Assembly (NCBI GenBank): GCA_045654565.1
Contig: JAZONP010000219.1
Coordinates: 4,153 to 68,152 of the forward strand
Length of the DNA: 64,000 nt
Reading direction: 5' to 3'
Source of the DNA: Bacteroidaceae bacterium
GTDB lineage: Bacteria; Bacteroidota; Bacteroidia; Bacteroidales; Bacteroidaceae
The notes under the pieces are model-generated. The model worked only from the letters and a program-made list of their open reading frames with translations. It did not search any database and had not been told where the DNA came from. Positions 56,701 through 64,000 of this stretch are shown here, piece after piece (within the stretch, counting starts at the first letter, position 1; the number at the start of each line of letters is the position of its first letter). Position numbers and translations under genes: made by a program.

Positions 56701-58918
56701 CTTCCTTTATATAATATTCTCTACCAGGCAAAGCCTCCTGCACCTTCTCGGCATACCAAGCAAGGGCAACCTCCTCGACATCAGCTAAGACACCACCAAG
56801 CAAAGGCTCCGCAACAGTCAGCACACTATCAGCACTTAAGCTATCAGCGACAAGGCCATCAGTCTTTACGCTATCGACAACCTCAACGGCCTTCTTCTTG
56901 GTCTTCTTCACTTTGGCCGGCTTTTCAGCTTTCGTCTTTTTGGCCTTTGCCGCCTTCTTGGCTTGAGGTTGAGGTATAGTGTCGGATACCATCTTATCTA
57001 CGACACTATCAGCCAACTCAACAAGAGTCACTACGCTATCTGCAACCATCTTGGTCACGCTATCGGCCACCTCTTCGCTGACATTCAGCTTCGCCTTCTT
57101 AACTTTTTTCTTGGTTTTCGCAGCCTTTGCCGAGTTCTTAGCCTTACTCTTCTTTGCTACGGGTTCATCTACGTTTGCCACTTGATGCAAACTGTCAACA
57201 AAAATACTATCCGTTCTGAGGCTGTCATTCAAGGCCACAAACGTGCTATCAAGTTTCATGCTATCCGAAGCAAGACTATCAGCCATCACACTACCAATCT
57301 GAACACTGTCAGTCTGAATGCTATCGACCTGAACAGAATCCTCTACCAAGAAATCATATACCTCAGGTAATTCTACACGGCCAGGATGTTCACCCTGCAT
57401 ACGCTTCTGTTCATCAGACCATGCCTGCTTCTTAATATTGTTAAGCCACTCAATCCTATCATTTTGAGTCATCTCAATAGCACGTTGGGGTTCTTCGTAA
57501 ACGATTTCCACCTTCAAACGCCCCTGCGACTCTACATTAAACTTATGCATATCCTGAGGATTCGCAAAGGTATCTGTCTTGAAAACCGTTCCAACTATAA
57601 TTCCATCGTTATTATTTTTGATTCCATCGTTCAAGTAACAATAGATTTCTCTTATCAATGCAGTACGGTTCACTGACTTACCTGTGATACTATTATATTT
57701 ATTCACAAATACTTTATCTACCTCCGCCGAGGTCATACCAGGAATACTATCAATCTCCGCTCTCACACTAAGCAAGATAGGATCAACAATCTGCTCAAAG
57801 CTATCAATCTCCACCTTAGGCAAGGTATCCTTATTTTGACGGGTGTATCTCTTCGGTGCCTCCATCATATAAACATAAGGCGTCAAATACTCGAGGCTGT
57901 AGGCCTGATTAAATCCAGGCTCGCTCTCAACAGTCTGCTTATATTGGGCAATTTCCTGATTGCGTCTATCCAGTTCAGCCTTCAACACACCAATGCTATC
58001 GTTATAGGCCGAAACATTATCATGATCACCCTCCATCAGACGCGCCACGTAGCGACGATCAATCAAGGCATAGTTAATCTCGGTATGCTGCTTAGAGATG
58101 CTACGGAAACGATATACCAACGACACACGAAGCTCAGAGGGGAAAGGAATAAACATGTTTCTATGTCCCTTGCCATTCTTGTTAACAGCAGACTGGAATT
58201 CCTCGTTCTCTATATCCAATCCATAGAAGTCAAACGAAGAGAAATGCAAGCCAAGGCTGCCACCAAACTCCAAGTCAAGTGCAGAGCCGTTCTGATAGCC
58301 ATAAAGAGGAAGGGCAACACCACCTGTAAGACCCGCTCCTACAGCAAAGCCCTGACGACCAATTGCGTCAGCATTGAGCTTAAACGAGAAGGTGCTGGCC
58401 GAAAGATAGGGACCCACGAAGAAAGAGAGGTGTGTCTTGGGATTCTCTGCTGCACGGAAACAGTTGGCGCGTGCACGCAACTTGCCAAACCCTTTGGCTC
58501 CATTAATCCATTCGCGTTCCCAATCACCATAGGCATCGCTACGATTGTCGAATGGTTGCTGACGCCAATAGAAACGATAGTCAACACGAGCATCGAACAG
58601 GTTGAACACCATACCAGGAGCCCTTGACAACCAATCATCTCCATTGAGGCGATGATGTGATGCATTCCAATTATACCTCAACCCCAAGCCAATAGACTTC
58701 TTATCATACGGGGTACTTACGATATCATAATCAAAAGCAATATTAGGAACAGTAAGCGCCCAATCGACCACATTGGTACGAATGGCAATACGATCCTTAA
58801 ATGACACATCCTCCTCACCAAGATTGTTCAAATCTTGAGCAGAGACACGCAAAAGAGGGAGCATAAACAGCACAAAAGCCACCCCTAACCGAATACCTAT
58901 GTTATTGAACTTCAGCAT
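56687..58918 (-). CDS. exported protein: DUF3575-like barrel N-terminal domain, coiled-coil, DSxxx pentad repeats and Lys/Ala-rich tracts
   Basis: Signal peptide ...LLRVSAQ|D. Barrel-like N-terminal region RIAIRTNVVDWALTVPNIAFDYDI...RVDYRFYWRQ. Coiled segment LKAELDRRNQEIAQYKQ. The C-terminal 225 aa carry DSVQVDSIQTDSVQ... repeats and KKAAKAKKTKAEKPAKVKKTKKKA tracts. Confidence 0.6.
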   Translation of the reverse strand: MLKFNNIGIRLGVAFVLFMLPLLRVSAQDLNNLGEEDVSFKDRIAIRTNVVDWALTVPNIAFDYDIVSTPYDKKSIGLGLRYNWNASHHRLNGDDWLSRAPGMVFNLFDARVDYRFYWRQQPFDNRSDAYGDWEREWINGAKGFGKLRARANCFRAAENPKTHLSFFVGPYLSASTFSFKLNADAIGRQGFAVGAGLTGGVALPLYGYQNGSALDLEFGGSLGLHFSSFDFYGLDIENEEFQSAVNKNGKGHRNMFIPFPSELRVSLVYRFRSISKQHTEINYALIDRRYVARLMEGDHDNVSAYNDSIGVLKAELDRRNQEIAQYKQTVESEPGFNQAYSLEYLTPYVYMMEAPKRYTRQNKDTLPKVEIDSFEQIVDPILLSVRAEIDSIPGMTSAEVDKVFVNKYNSITGKSVNRTALIREIYCYLNDGIKNNNDGIIVGTVFKTDTFANPQDMHKFNVESQGRLKVEIVYEEPQRAIEMTQNDRIEWLNNIKKQAWSDEQKRMQGEHPGRVELPEVYDFLVEDSVQVDSIQTDSVQIGSVMADSLASDSMKLDSTFVALNDSLRTDSIFVDSLHQVANVDEPVAKKSKAKNSAKAAKTKKKVKKAKLNVSEEVADSVTKMVADSVVTLVELADSVVDKMVSDTIPQPQAKKAAKAKKTKAEKPAKVKKTKKKAVEVVDSVKTDGLVADSLSADSVLTVAEPLLGGVLADVEEVALAWYAEKVQEALPGREYYIKEDDED

Positions 58919-58972
58919 CTAACACAAAAAAAATTACCCATGCGAACACAGTACGCATGACAAAAACGTCTG

Positions 58973-58980
58973 CAAAGTTA
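58973..58980 (-). promoter_or_regulatory. candidate -7 box (TAACTTTG) for the seven-gene operon
   Basis: The minus strand reads TAACTTTG about 55 nt upstream of ATG 58918. The leader contains a CATGCG-N9-CGCATG hairpin. Confidence 0.4.
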
Positions 58981-59176
58981 CAGCTTTTTAATGGATTATA
59001 GAAACTTTTTAACAAATAAAATCACTCACTTCGTATTCTTTACGACTACAACCAACCACTTCTTTTACACCCCAAGCTACAAGAAAAATCTAAAGCAAAT
59101 TTGCGTATTTGCGGGATTTTTGCGTATTTTGTGGTCTCAAAAAACACCAAGCAAACAAACCCTAATATATACAATA

Positions 59177-61210
59177 ATGAAAAGACAATTGACAATGTTA
59201 GCTATGGCAACAGCTTTGTGCGTATCATGCAACAATGACAAGGAGGCTTCGACCTTCAACTACAACGATGAGAAATTTGCCGATATCCAAATGCTCCGCT
59301 ATGAGGTGAAAGGATTCGATGAGCTCACCCTCGACCAAAAGAAGTTAGTGTATTATCTCCAAGAAGCGGCACTGCACGGCCGCGACATCCTCTTCGACCA
59401 GAACGGACGTCACAACCTCGTCATCCGCAAAATGCTCGAGACCGTGTATACCGACTACCAAGGTGATAAGAACACCGAAGACTGGGCAAACTTCGTTACC
59501 TACACCAAACGAGTATGGTTCTCCAACGGCATCCATCATCATTATAGTGCCGACAAGTTCCAGCCAGGCTTCTCTGAGGAATTCTTCCGCGAGGCCTTGG
59601 CTTCGGTAGACACAGAAAAGCTCCCATTGACTGAAGGCCAAACCCTTGCAGAGTTATGCGAAGAAGTATTCCCCGCCATCTTTGACCCTGCCGTGATGGC
59701 CAAGCGCGTAAACCAGACCGATGGTGAAGACCTTGTACTCACCTCAGCCAGCAACTACTACGACGGCGTAACTCAGGCTGAAGCCGAGGCCTTCTATAAT
59801 AACCTCAAGGACCCCAACGACGAAACTCCCGTGATGTATGGCATGAACAGCCGACTCGTGAAGGAAGATGGTAAGGTGGTGGAGAAGGTATGGCACACCG
59901 AAGGTCTCTATGGAGAGGCACTCAGCAAGGTGGTATACTGGCTTGAGAAGGCACTCACCGTGGCTGAGAACGACGAGCAGAAGGCTGTCATCGAGAAGCT
60001 TATCAAGTACTACCGTTCAGGTAGCCTTGAGGACTTTGACGACTACTGCATTGCATGGGTTGATGACCTCGATTCACACATCGACTTCGTCAACGGCTTC
60101 ACTGAGAGCTACGGCGACCCCCTCGGCATGAAGGCTTCATGGGAGTCTATCGTCAACTACAAGGACGTAGAGGCTACCAAGCGCACACAGACCATCAGCG
60201 ACAATGCACAATGGTTTGAGGACAACTCACCCATGGACAACCGCTTCAAGAAGGAGACCGTGAAGGGTGTTACCGCCAAGGTTATCACCGCAGCCATCCT
60301 CGCTGGCGACCTATACCCATCAACCGCTATCGGCATCAATCTCCCCAACTCAAACTGGATACGTAGCGCACATGGCTCTAAGTCTGTAACCATCGGCAAC
60401 CTCACCGAGGCCTACAACATGGCCGCACTCGGCAACGGATTCAACGAGGAGTTCGTATATAGCGACGAGGAACGCCGCCTCATCGAGGAGTATGATGCAC
60501 TCACCGGCGACCTCCACACCGACCTACACGAATGCCTCGGCCACGGCTCAGGCAAGCTACTCCCCGGTGTTGACCCTGACGCATTGAAGGCTCACGGTTC
60601 AACCATTGAGGAGACCCGTGCCGACCTCTTCGGCCTCTACTACATCGGTGACCCCAAGATGGTAGAACTCGGTCTGCTCCCCAATGCCGAGGCATACAAG
60701 GCTGAATATTATGGTCAGATGATGAACGGTCTGATGACCCAGCTCGTACGCATCGAGCCGGGTGCCACCGTTGAGGAGGCCCACATGCGCAACCGCCAGC
60801 TCATCGCCCGCTGGGCCTACGAGCACGGCAAGGCCGACAACGTCATCGAGCTTGTGAAGCGAGACGGCAAGACCTTCGTGAAGATCAACGACTATGAAAA
60901 GCTGCGTGGGCTCTTCGGCGAACTCCTTGCTGAGGTACAGCGCATCAAGTCAGAGGGAGACTACGAGGCTGGCCGTCAATTGGTAGAACAGTATGCCGTA
61001 CAGGTAGACCAGGAGCTCCACCGCGAGATCCTCGAGCGATACGAAGCACTCGATCTCGCCCCCTACAAGGGCTTCATCAACCCCGTATACACCGCAGTGA
61101 CAGATGCCGAGGGCAACATCACCGACGTAACCATCTCTTATGACGAGAGCTACGATGCACAGATGCTCCGCTACAGCACCGACTACGCCACATTGCCATA
61201 TAGAAACTAA
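59177..61210 (+). CDS. dipeptidyl-peptidase III (M49 family) lipoprotein
   Basis: From ATG 59177 the N-terminus is MKRQLTMLAMATALCVSC (lipobox). M49 motifs are HECLGHGSG (HExxGH) and EETRADLF (EExRAD). The track ORF start (58991) is an upstream extension. Confidence 0.88.
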   Translation: MKRQLTMLAMATALCVSCNNDKEASTFNYNDEKFADIQMLRYEVKGFDELTLDQKKLVYYLQEAALHGRDILFDQNGRHNLVIRKMLETVYTDYQGDKNTEDWANFVTYTKRVWFSNGIHHHYSADKFQPGFSEEFFREALASVDTEKLPLTEGQTLAELCEEVFPAIFDPAVMAKRVNQTDGEDLVLTSASNYYDGVTQAEAEAFYNNLKDPNDETPVMYGMNSRLVKEDGKVVEKVWHTEGLYGEALSKVVYWLEKALTVAENDEQKAVIEKLIKYYRSGSLEDFDDYCIAWVDDLDSHIDFVNGFTESYGDPLGMKASWESIVNYKDVEATKRTQTISDNAQWFEDNSPMDNRFKKETVKGVTAKVITAAILAGDLYPSTAIGINLPNSNWIRSAHGSKSVTIGNLTEAYNMAALGNGFNEEFVYSDEERRLIEEYDALTGDLHTDLHECLGHGSGKLLPGVDPDALKAHGSTIEETRADLFGLYYIGDPKMVELGLLPNAEAYKAEYYGQMMNGLMTQLVRIEPGATVEEAHMRNRQLIARWAYEHGKADNVIELVKRDGKTFVKINDYEKLRGLFGELLAEVQRIKSEGDYEAGRQLVEQYAVQVDQELHREILERYEALDLAPYKGFINPVYTAVTDAEGNITDVTISYDESYDAQMLRYSTDYATLPYRN

Positions 61211-61223
61211 TGTTTAGTTGAGA

Positions 61224-61263
61224 GTTGAAGGTTGAGAGTTTAGTGTAATTCTCAACCTTCAAC
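61224..61263 (+). terminator. terminator hairpin after the DPP3 gene
   Basis: 13-bp stem GTTGAAGGTTGAG/CTCAACCTTCAAC with a 14-nt loop, followed by CTTTAAC. Confidence 0.6.
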
Positions 61264-61282
61264 CTTTAACACTCAACCAAGT

Positions 61283-61837
61283 ATGCACGAAACCGTCAGA
61301 CAAATCAAAGCCCAACTCCGTCTCTTCATGAATGGAGTATTATCACAGAGCCTTCGCGAGAAGGGGCTCAAGTATCGCCTCATCTTCGGCGTCGAATTAC
61401 CTCGCCTTAAGGAGATTGCCGCTGGCTACGAACAGAGCCATAACCTCGCACAAGCTCTCTGGAAAGAGGACATCCGCGAATGCAAGATATTAGCAGCCTA
61501 TCTGCAGCCTACCGACACTTTCGACCCCGAACTGGCCGATTTCTGGATGGAAGGCGTTCACAATACTGAACTAGCCGACTACCTTTGCATGGCCCTCTTC
61601 CGTCGACTTCCCTATGCTTCACAGAAGGCATTCCAGTGGATAGCATCGGACAATCGCATGGAGGCCTACACGGGCTTTCGCCTCATGAGCCACCTCTTCG
61701 TCACCTTAGGTACCGAGATGAACGAGCGTAGCCGCAACGAGTTCCTCGATCAAGCTCATGCCGCCCTACAGGGCAATGACCTACTCATCAAGCAAGCCGC
61801 GCAGACAGCCTTGGAGCGACTGACAATGAATGATTGA
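61283..61837 (+). CDS. DNA alkylation repair (AlkD-like HEAT-repeat) protein
   Basis: 184 aa and all-helical. The N-terminal pattern IKAQLRLFMNGVLSQSLREKGLKYRLIFGVELPRLKEIA is typical of the DNA_alkylation family. Confidence 0.65.
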   Translation: MHETVRQIKAQLRLFMNGVLSQSLREKGLKYRLIFGVELPRLKEIAAGYEQSHNLAQALWKEDIRECKILAAYLQPTDTFDPELADFWMEGVHNTELADYLCMALFRRLPYASQKAFQWIASDNRMEAYTGFRLMSHLFVTLGTEMNERSRNEFLDQAHAALQGNDLLIKQAAQTALERLTMND

Positions 61838-61887
61838 CTAATTGTCAGCAACGAGCCGCACAAGCAGCTGGACTCCTATCAATCTTC

Positions 61888-61927
61888 ATCCCTACTCTGA
61901 CACCGGAGTAGGGATTTTTCTTTTTTT
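61888..61927 (+). terminator. rho-independent terminator
   Basis: 10-bp stem ATCCCTACTC/GAGTAGGGAT, loop TGACACCG, followed by TTTTTCTTTTTTT. Confidence 0.8.
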
Positions 61928-61950
61928 GAGGGAGATAAAAGGCCTATTGG

Positions 61951-62910
61951 TCAGGCACAATGTTCCAGTAAGGTAAGAATAATGGCTGCCACCAACCCGA
62001 ATGCTAATTTAGGATTCTTGTCAAAGAAATCGGATAGTTTCTGCATTAGATTCGACGGGGAAGGTTCCTCGTGCTCCTCCTCCTTGCCAGAGTCGTTATG
62101 AGGTAGCAAGTCACGCTCCAGTTCCCTCTGCTTTGCCTCATTGCGCATCCCATTCAACTCTGCTATAGGGTCCTCGCCACGGTGCTCAGTATAGAGAGGC
62201 TCGGTCTGCTCCTCGTCGTCATCGAAGATACCAAAATCCTCATACTCATATTCATCTTCAAGTTCCTCCCCCTTGTTGTCTTCCCCGCAGACAGAGTGCA
62301 CGGTAAAGATAGGGGCAGAGTCAGCAGATGAAGACAAGGGCTGCCAGTCAAAAGAGGCAAACTCCTCAGAGTGGGAAGGGCACTCTTCTATCTGTTCGTT
62401 TGCTGAACCATATTCCACAGTATTGCTTTTCGCTGGCTCGTAGCCCACGACCTTACTGTCGGTGAGTGTACCATCCAAAGGAGCTGCACTGGATACTGCA
62501 GAGTGAATGGAATCCGGTTCGTCCGCCAGATCTGCATCATCCTCCTCTTCTTCCCTCAGCAGGCAAAGGAGATCCTCCAACAACGAAGCCTCGGTGGTCA
62601 ACGTACAGCGCCTTCTCATTTCCTCAGGGAGCTGTACCCCATCGGCGACACAAACGAGCATCGGCTTCACCATACCAGCAGCACACTGCACCGAAGCCAT
62701 GGCATAGTTGGAACTCATGAAGTTCGCCCCGATAAGCATCACATACACGCGGCTCTCCTCTATGAGGTTGCGCGTGTAGTCGCCCAGTGCAAATCCACTT
62801 TCGGCACAGTCGAGGTAGCATTGTACGTTCTCACGGCTCAGCTGGGCCGACAACTCATAGGCACGGCTCGAATAGCCCATCGAGTAACTGACAAAAACAT
62901 CGTAACTCAT
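61951..62910 (-). CDS. TIR-domain protein with long acidic linker and C-terminal transmembrane anchor
   Basis: N-terminus MSYDVFVSYS... (the TIR beta-A motif), then ...SRVYVMLIGANFMSSNYA...KPMLVCVADGVQLP. An acidic, low-complexity middle region follows. The C-terminal hydrophobic helix is KLAFGLVAAIILTLL. Confidence 0.65.
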   Translation of the reverse strand: MSYDVFVSYSMGYSSRAYELSAQLSRENVQCYLDCAESGFALGDYTRNLIEESRVYVMLIGANFMSSNYAMASVQCAAGMVKPMLVCVADGVQLPEEMRRRCTLTTEASLLEDLLCLLREEEEDDADLADEPDSIHSAVSSAAPLDGTLTDSKVVGYEPAKSNTVEYGSANEQIEECPSHSEEFASFDWQPLSSSADSAPIFTVHSVCGEDNKGEELEDEYEYEDFGIFDDDEEQTEPLYTEHRGEDPIAELNGMRNEAKQRELERDLLPHNDSGKEEEHEEPSPSNLMQKLSDFFDKNPKLAFGLVAAIILTLLEHCA

Positions 62911-62930
62911 ATTCCTTTATTTTGTGTGCC

Positions 62931-62938
62931 CAAAGGTA
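62931..62938 (-). promoter_or_regulatory. candidate -7 box (TACCTTTG) for the TIR gene
   Basis: The minus strand reads TACCTTTG about 20 nt upstream of ATG 62910. Confidence 0.35.
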
Positions 62939-63002
62939 ATGCAAAATATCGGAATTACCTAAAGCTCATCCCATATACTCTTAAATGCCTATCTTCGCTT
63001 GA

Positions 63003-63965
63003 TTACCTCCTCCCCACATAGTGCCACCAACGGTGCGGACGCAGCTTGGTGCGGTCCACGGTGAGCTGTATGCCCACTTTGTGCACTGTGGTCAGTGCCA
63101 AGGCATCGTCGGGGGCGATGAGGTAATTGCGCAGTTCACTCACGGCCACGTTATAGAGTGCCTGCCCGTCTTTGGCATCGCGTTGCCAGATGGTGCGGCA
63201 GATGTCCTCCTTCGTCAGCATATATTCGGGTGCGGCCTCGATGAGCATGCGCAGCAGCGCCTCTCGTGTGGCGGTGAGTGTCACGGTGTCGCCGTTCCAG
63301 TGGTGCAGCGTGGCGGTGTTGAAGTCGATGCATGTGTTGCCTATGAGGTGCACGCCCTGCAGGTAGGCCATGGCTTTCCTCACATATAGGATGACGACAT
63401 AGAGCACTGCCATGACGAGCAGCAACAGCACCTGCCGCCAGGCTATCCACCGCATGCCGCTCCGTATGGTACTGCGCTCCAAGGCCACCTTGCCCACCAT
63501 CAGTCCCTGGTCGCAGATGCCTATGCCCACGGTGTCGGTGACGAATCCCTCCACGTGCCTTGCTATCAGCACCTCACGGATGGGTGCATTCACGTTCATC
63601 GAGTCTGCCGTGGGGAACATCTCTTTTTGGTTCTTCACATATAGTTCTGTTGCAGCTTCGGCCTCAATGCCCATACTCTTCAATAGGTTGCTGAAGAGTG
63701 TGTCGGAGATACCAGGCGTGTAATACTTGCAATACATAAGCGCACTCTCTGAACACCTCCGCTGATATTCGTCATATTCTTTCGGAAGAAAATAGCGTGC
63801 AGATATCACTACGGTGTCTCCCTCAGTAATCACCGTAGTCTTCGTCTTGCGTGCATAGGCCTTGCTATGATACCTTCCCCAACTAGGATAGTTCCGTATG
63901 GCATATATCGAGTCTCCCCAGTATGGCACCGCCTCCCTGAACTGCTCATTGATGCGGCTCTGCAT
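63003..63965 (-). CDS. membrane protein with C-terminal OmpR/PhoB-type winged-helix DNA-binding domain (5' end may lie outside the window)
   Basis: TM helix WIAWRQVLLLLVMAVLYVVILYV. C-terminal segment ...TLTATREALLRMLIEAAPEYMLTKEDICRTIWQRDAKDGQALYNVAVSELRNYL...VHKVGIQL (trans_reg_C-like). The reading frame stays open from 63966 to the window end, so the ATG at 63965 may be internal. Confidence 0.6.
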   Translation of the reverse strand: MQSRINEQFREAVPYWGDSIYAIRNYPSWGRYHSKAYARKTKTTVITEGDTVVISARYFLPKEYDEYQRRCSESALMYCKYYTPGISDTLFSNLLKSMGIEAEAATELYVKNQKEMFPTADSMNVNAPIREVLIARHVEGFVTDTVGIGICDQGLMVGKVALERSTIRSGMRWIAWRQVLLLLVMAVLYVVILYVRKAMAYLQGVHLIGNTCIDFNTATLHHWNGDTVTLTATREALLRMLIEAAPEYMLTKEDICRTIWQRDAKDGQALYNVAVSELRNYLIAPDDALALTTVHKVGIQLTVDRTKLRPHRWWHYVGRR

Positions 63966-64000
63966 CGCTTCCTTGCTGTCGCGGTAGTTGAGCTGGTACG

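Noticed and set aside
59101-59129. TTGCGTATTT direct repeat (19-bp spacing) upstream of the DPP3 gene as a defined promoter or operator
   Set aside because: It only nearly matches the -7 consensus (TATTTTG is one T short). With two short copies I cannot distinguish a regulatory site from chance in AT-rich DNA.

Overview
This 64-kb window comes from a Bacteroidales chromosome, most likely Prevotellaceae-like. The evidence is a SusC/SusD pair, many lipoproteins, TAnnTTTG-type -7 boxes, and three cargo proteins with type IX secretion (T9SS) C-terminal domains.

Content in order:
- 5' part of hisS.
- A 1267-aa T9SS cargo made of CBM4_9-like modules.
- A Zn-metallopeptidase.
- fur-purA, where purA carries an in-frame TAG.
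- A ~15-kb SusC/SusD locus. Its downstream genes are lipoproteins, two LRR proteins, an S8 subtilase and a DUF1573 protein, with no glycoside hydrolase.
- dgt.
- A C10 cysteine protease (T9SS cargo).
- Small housekeeping genes.
- A decayed accessory patch (29.4-33.8 kb). It holds a ~200-bp direct duplication bracketing a one-gene cassette, paired ACTGCCC heptamer sites, and head-to-head truncated SusD and beta-helix gene remnants.
- An LptF/G-type permease and a DEAD-box helicase.
- A 1909-aa papain-like multidomain T9SS cargo.
- A ~16-kb, seven-gene operon on the minus strand (42855-58918).
- DPP3, an AlkD-like protein, a tail-anchored TIR-domain protein and a membrane winged-helix regulator.

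The seven-gene operon is the most unusual feature. Every product is exported. It combines DUF3575-type barrels, an OmpA-like/helical-repeat protein, two pilin-like lipoproteins, a signal-peptide protein with an acyl-carrier-like DSL motif plus TPRs, and a 2116-aa protein built from about eleven tandem small beta-barrel-like modules.

All family and domain calls are motif recognition by eye. No database search, structure prediction or statistics could be run.
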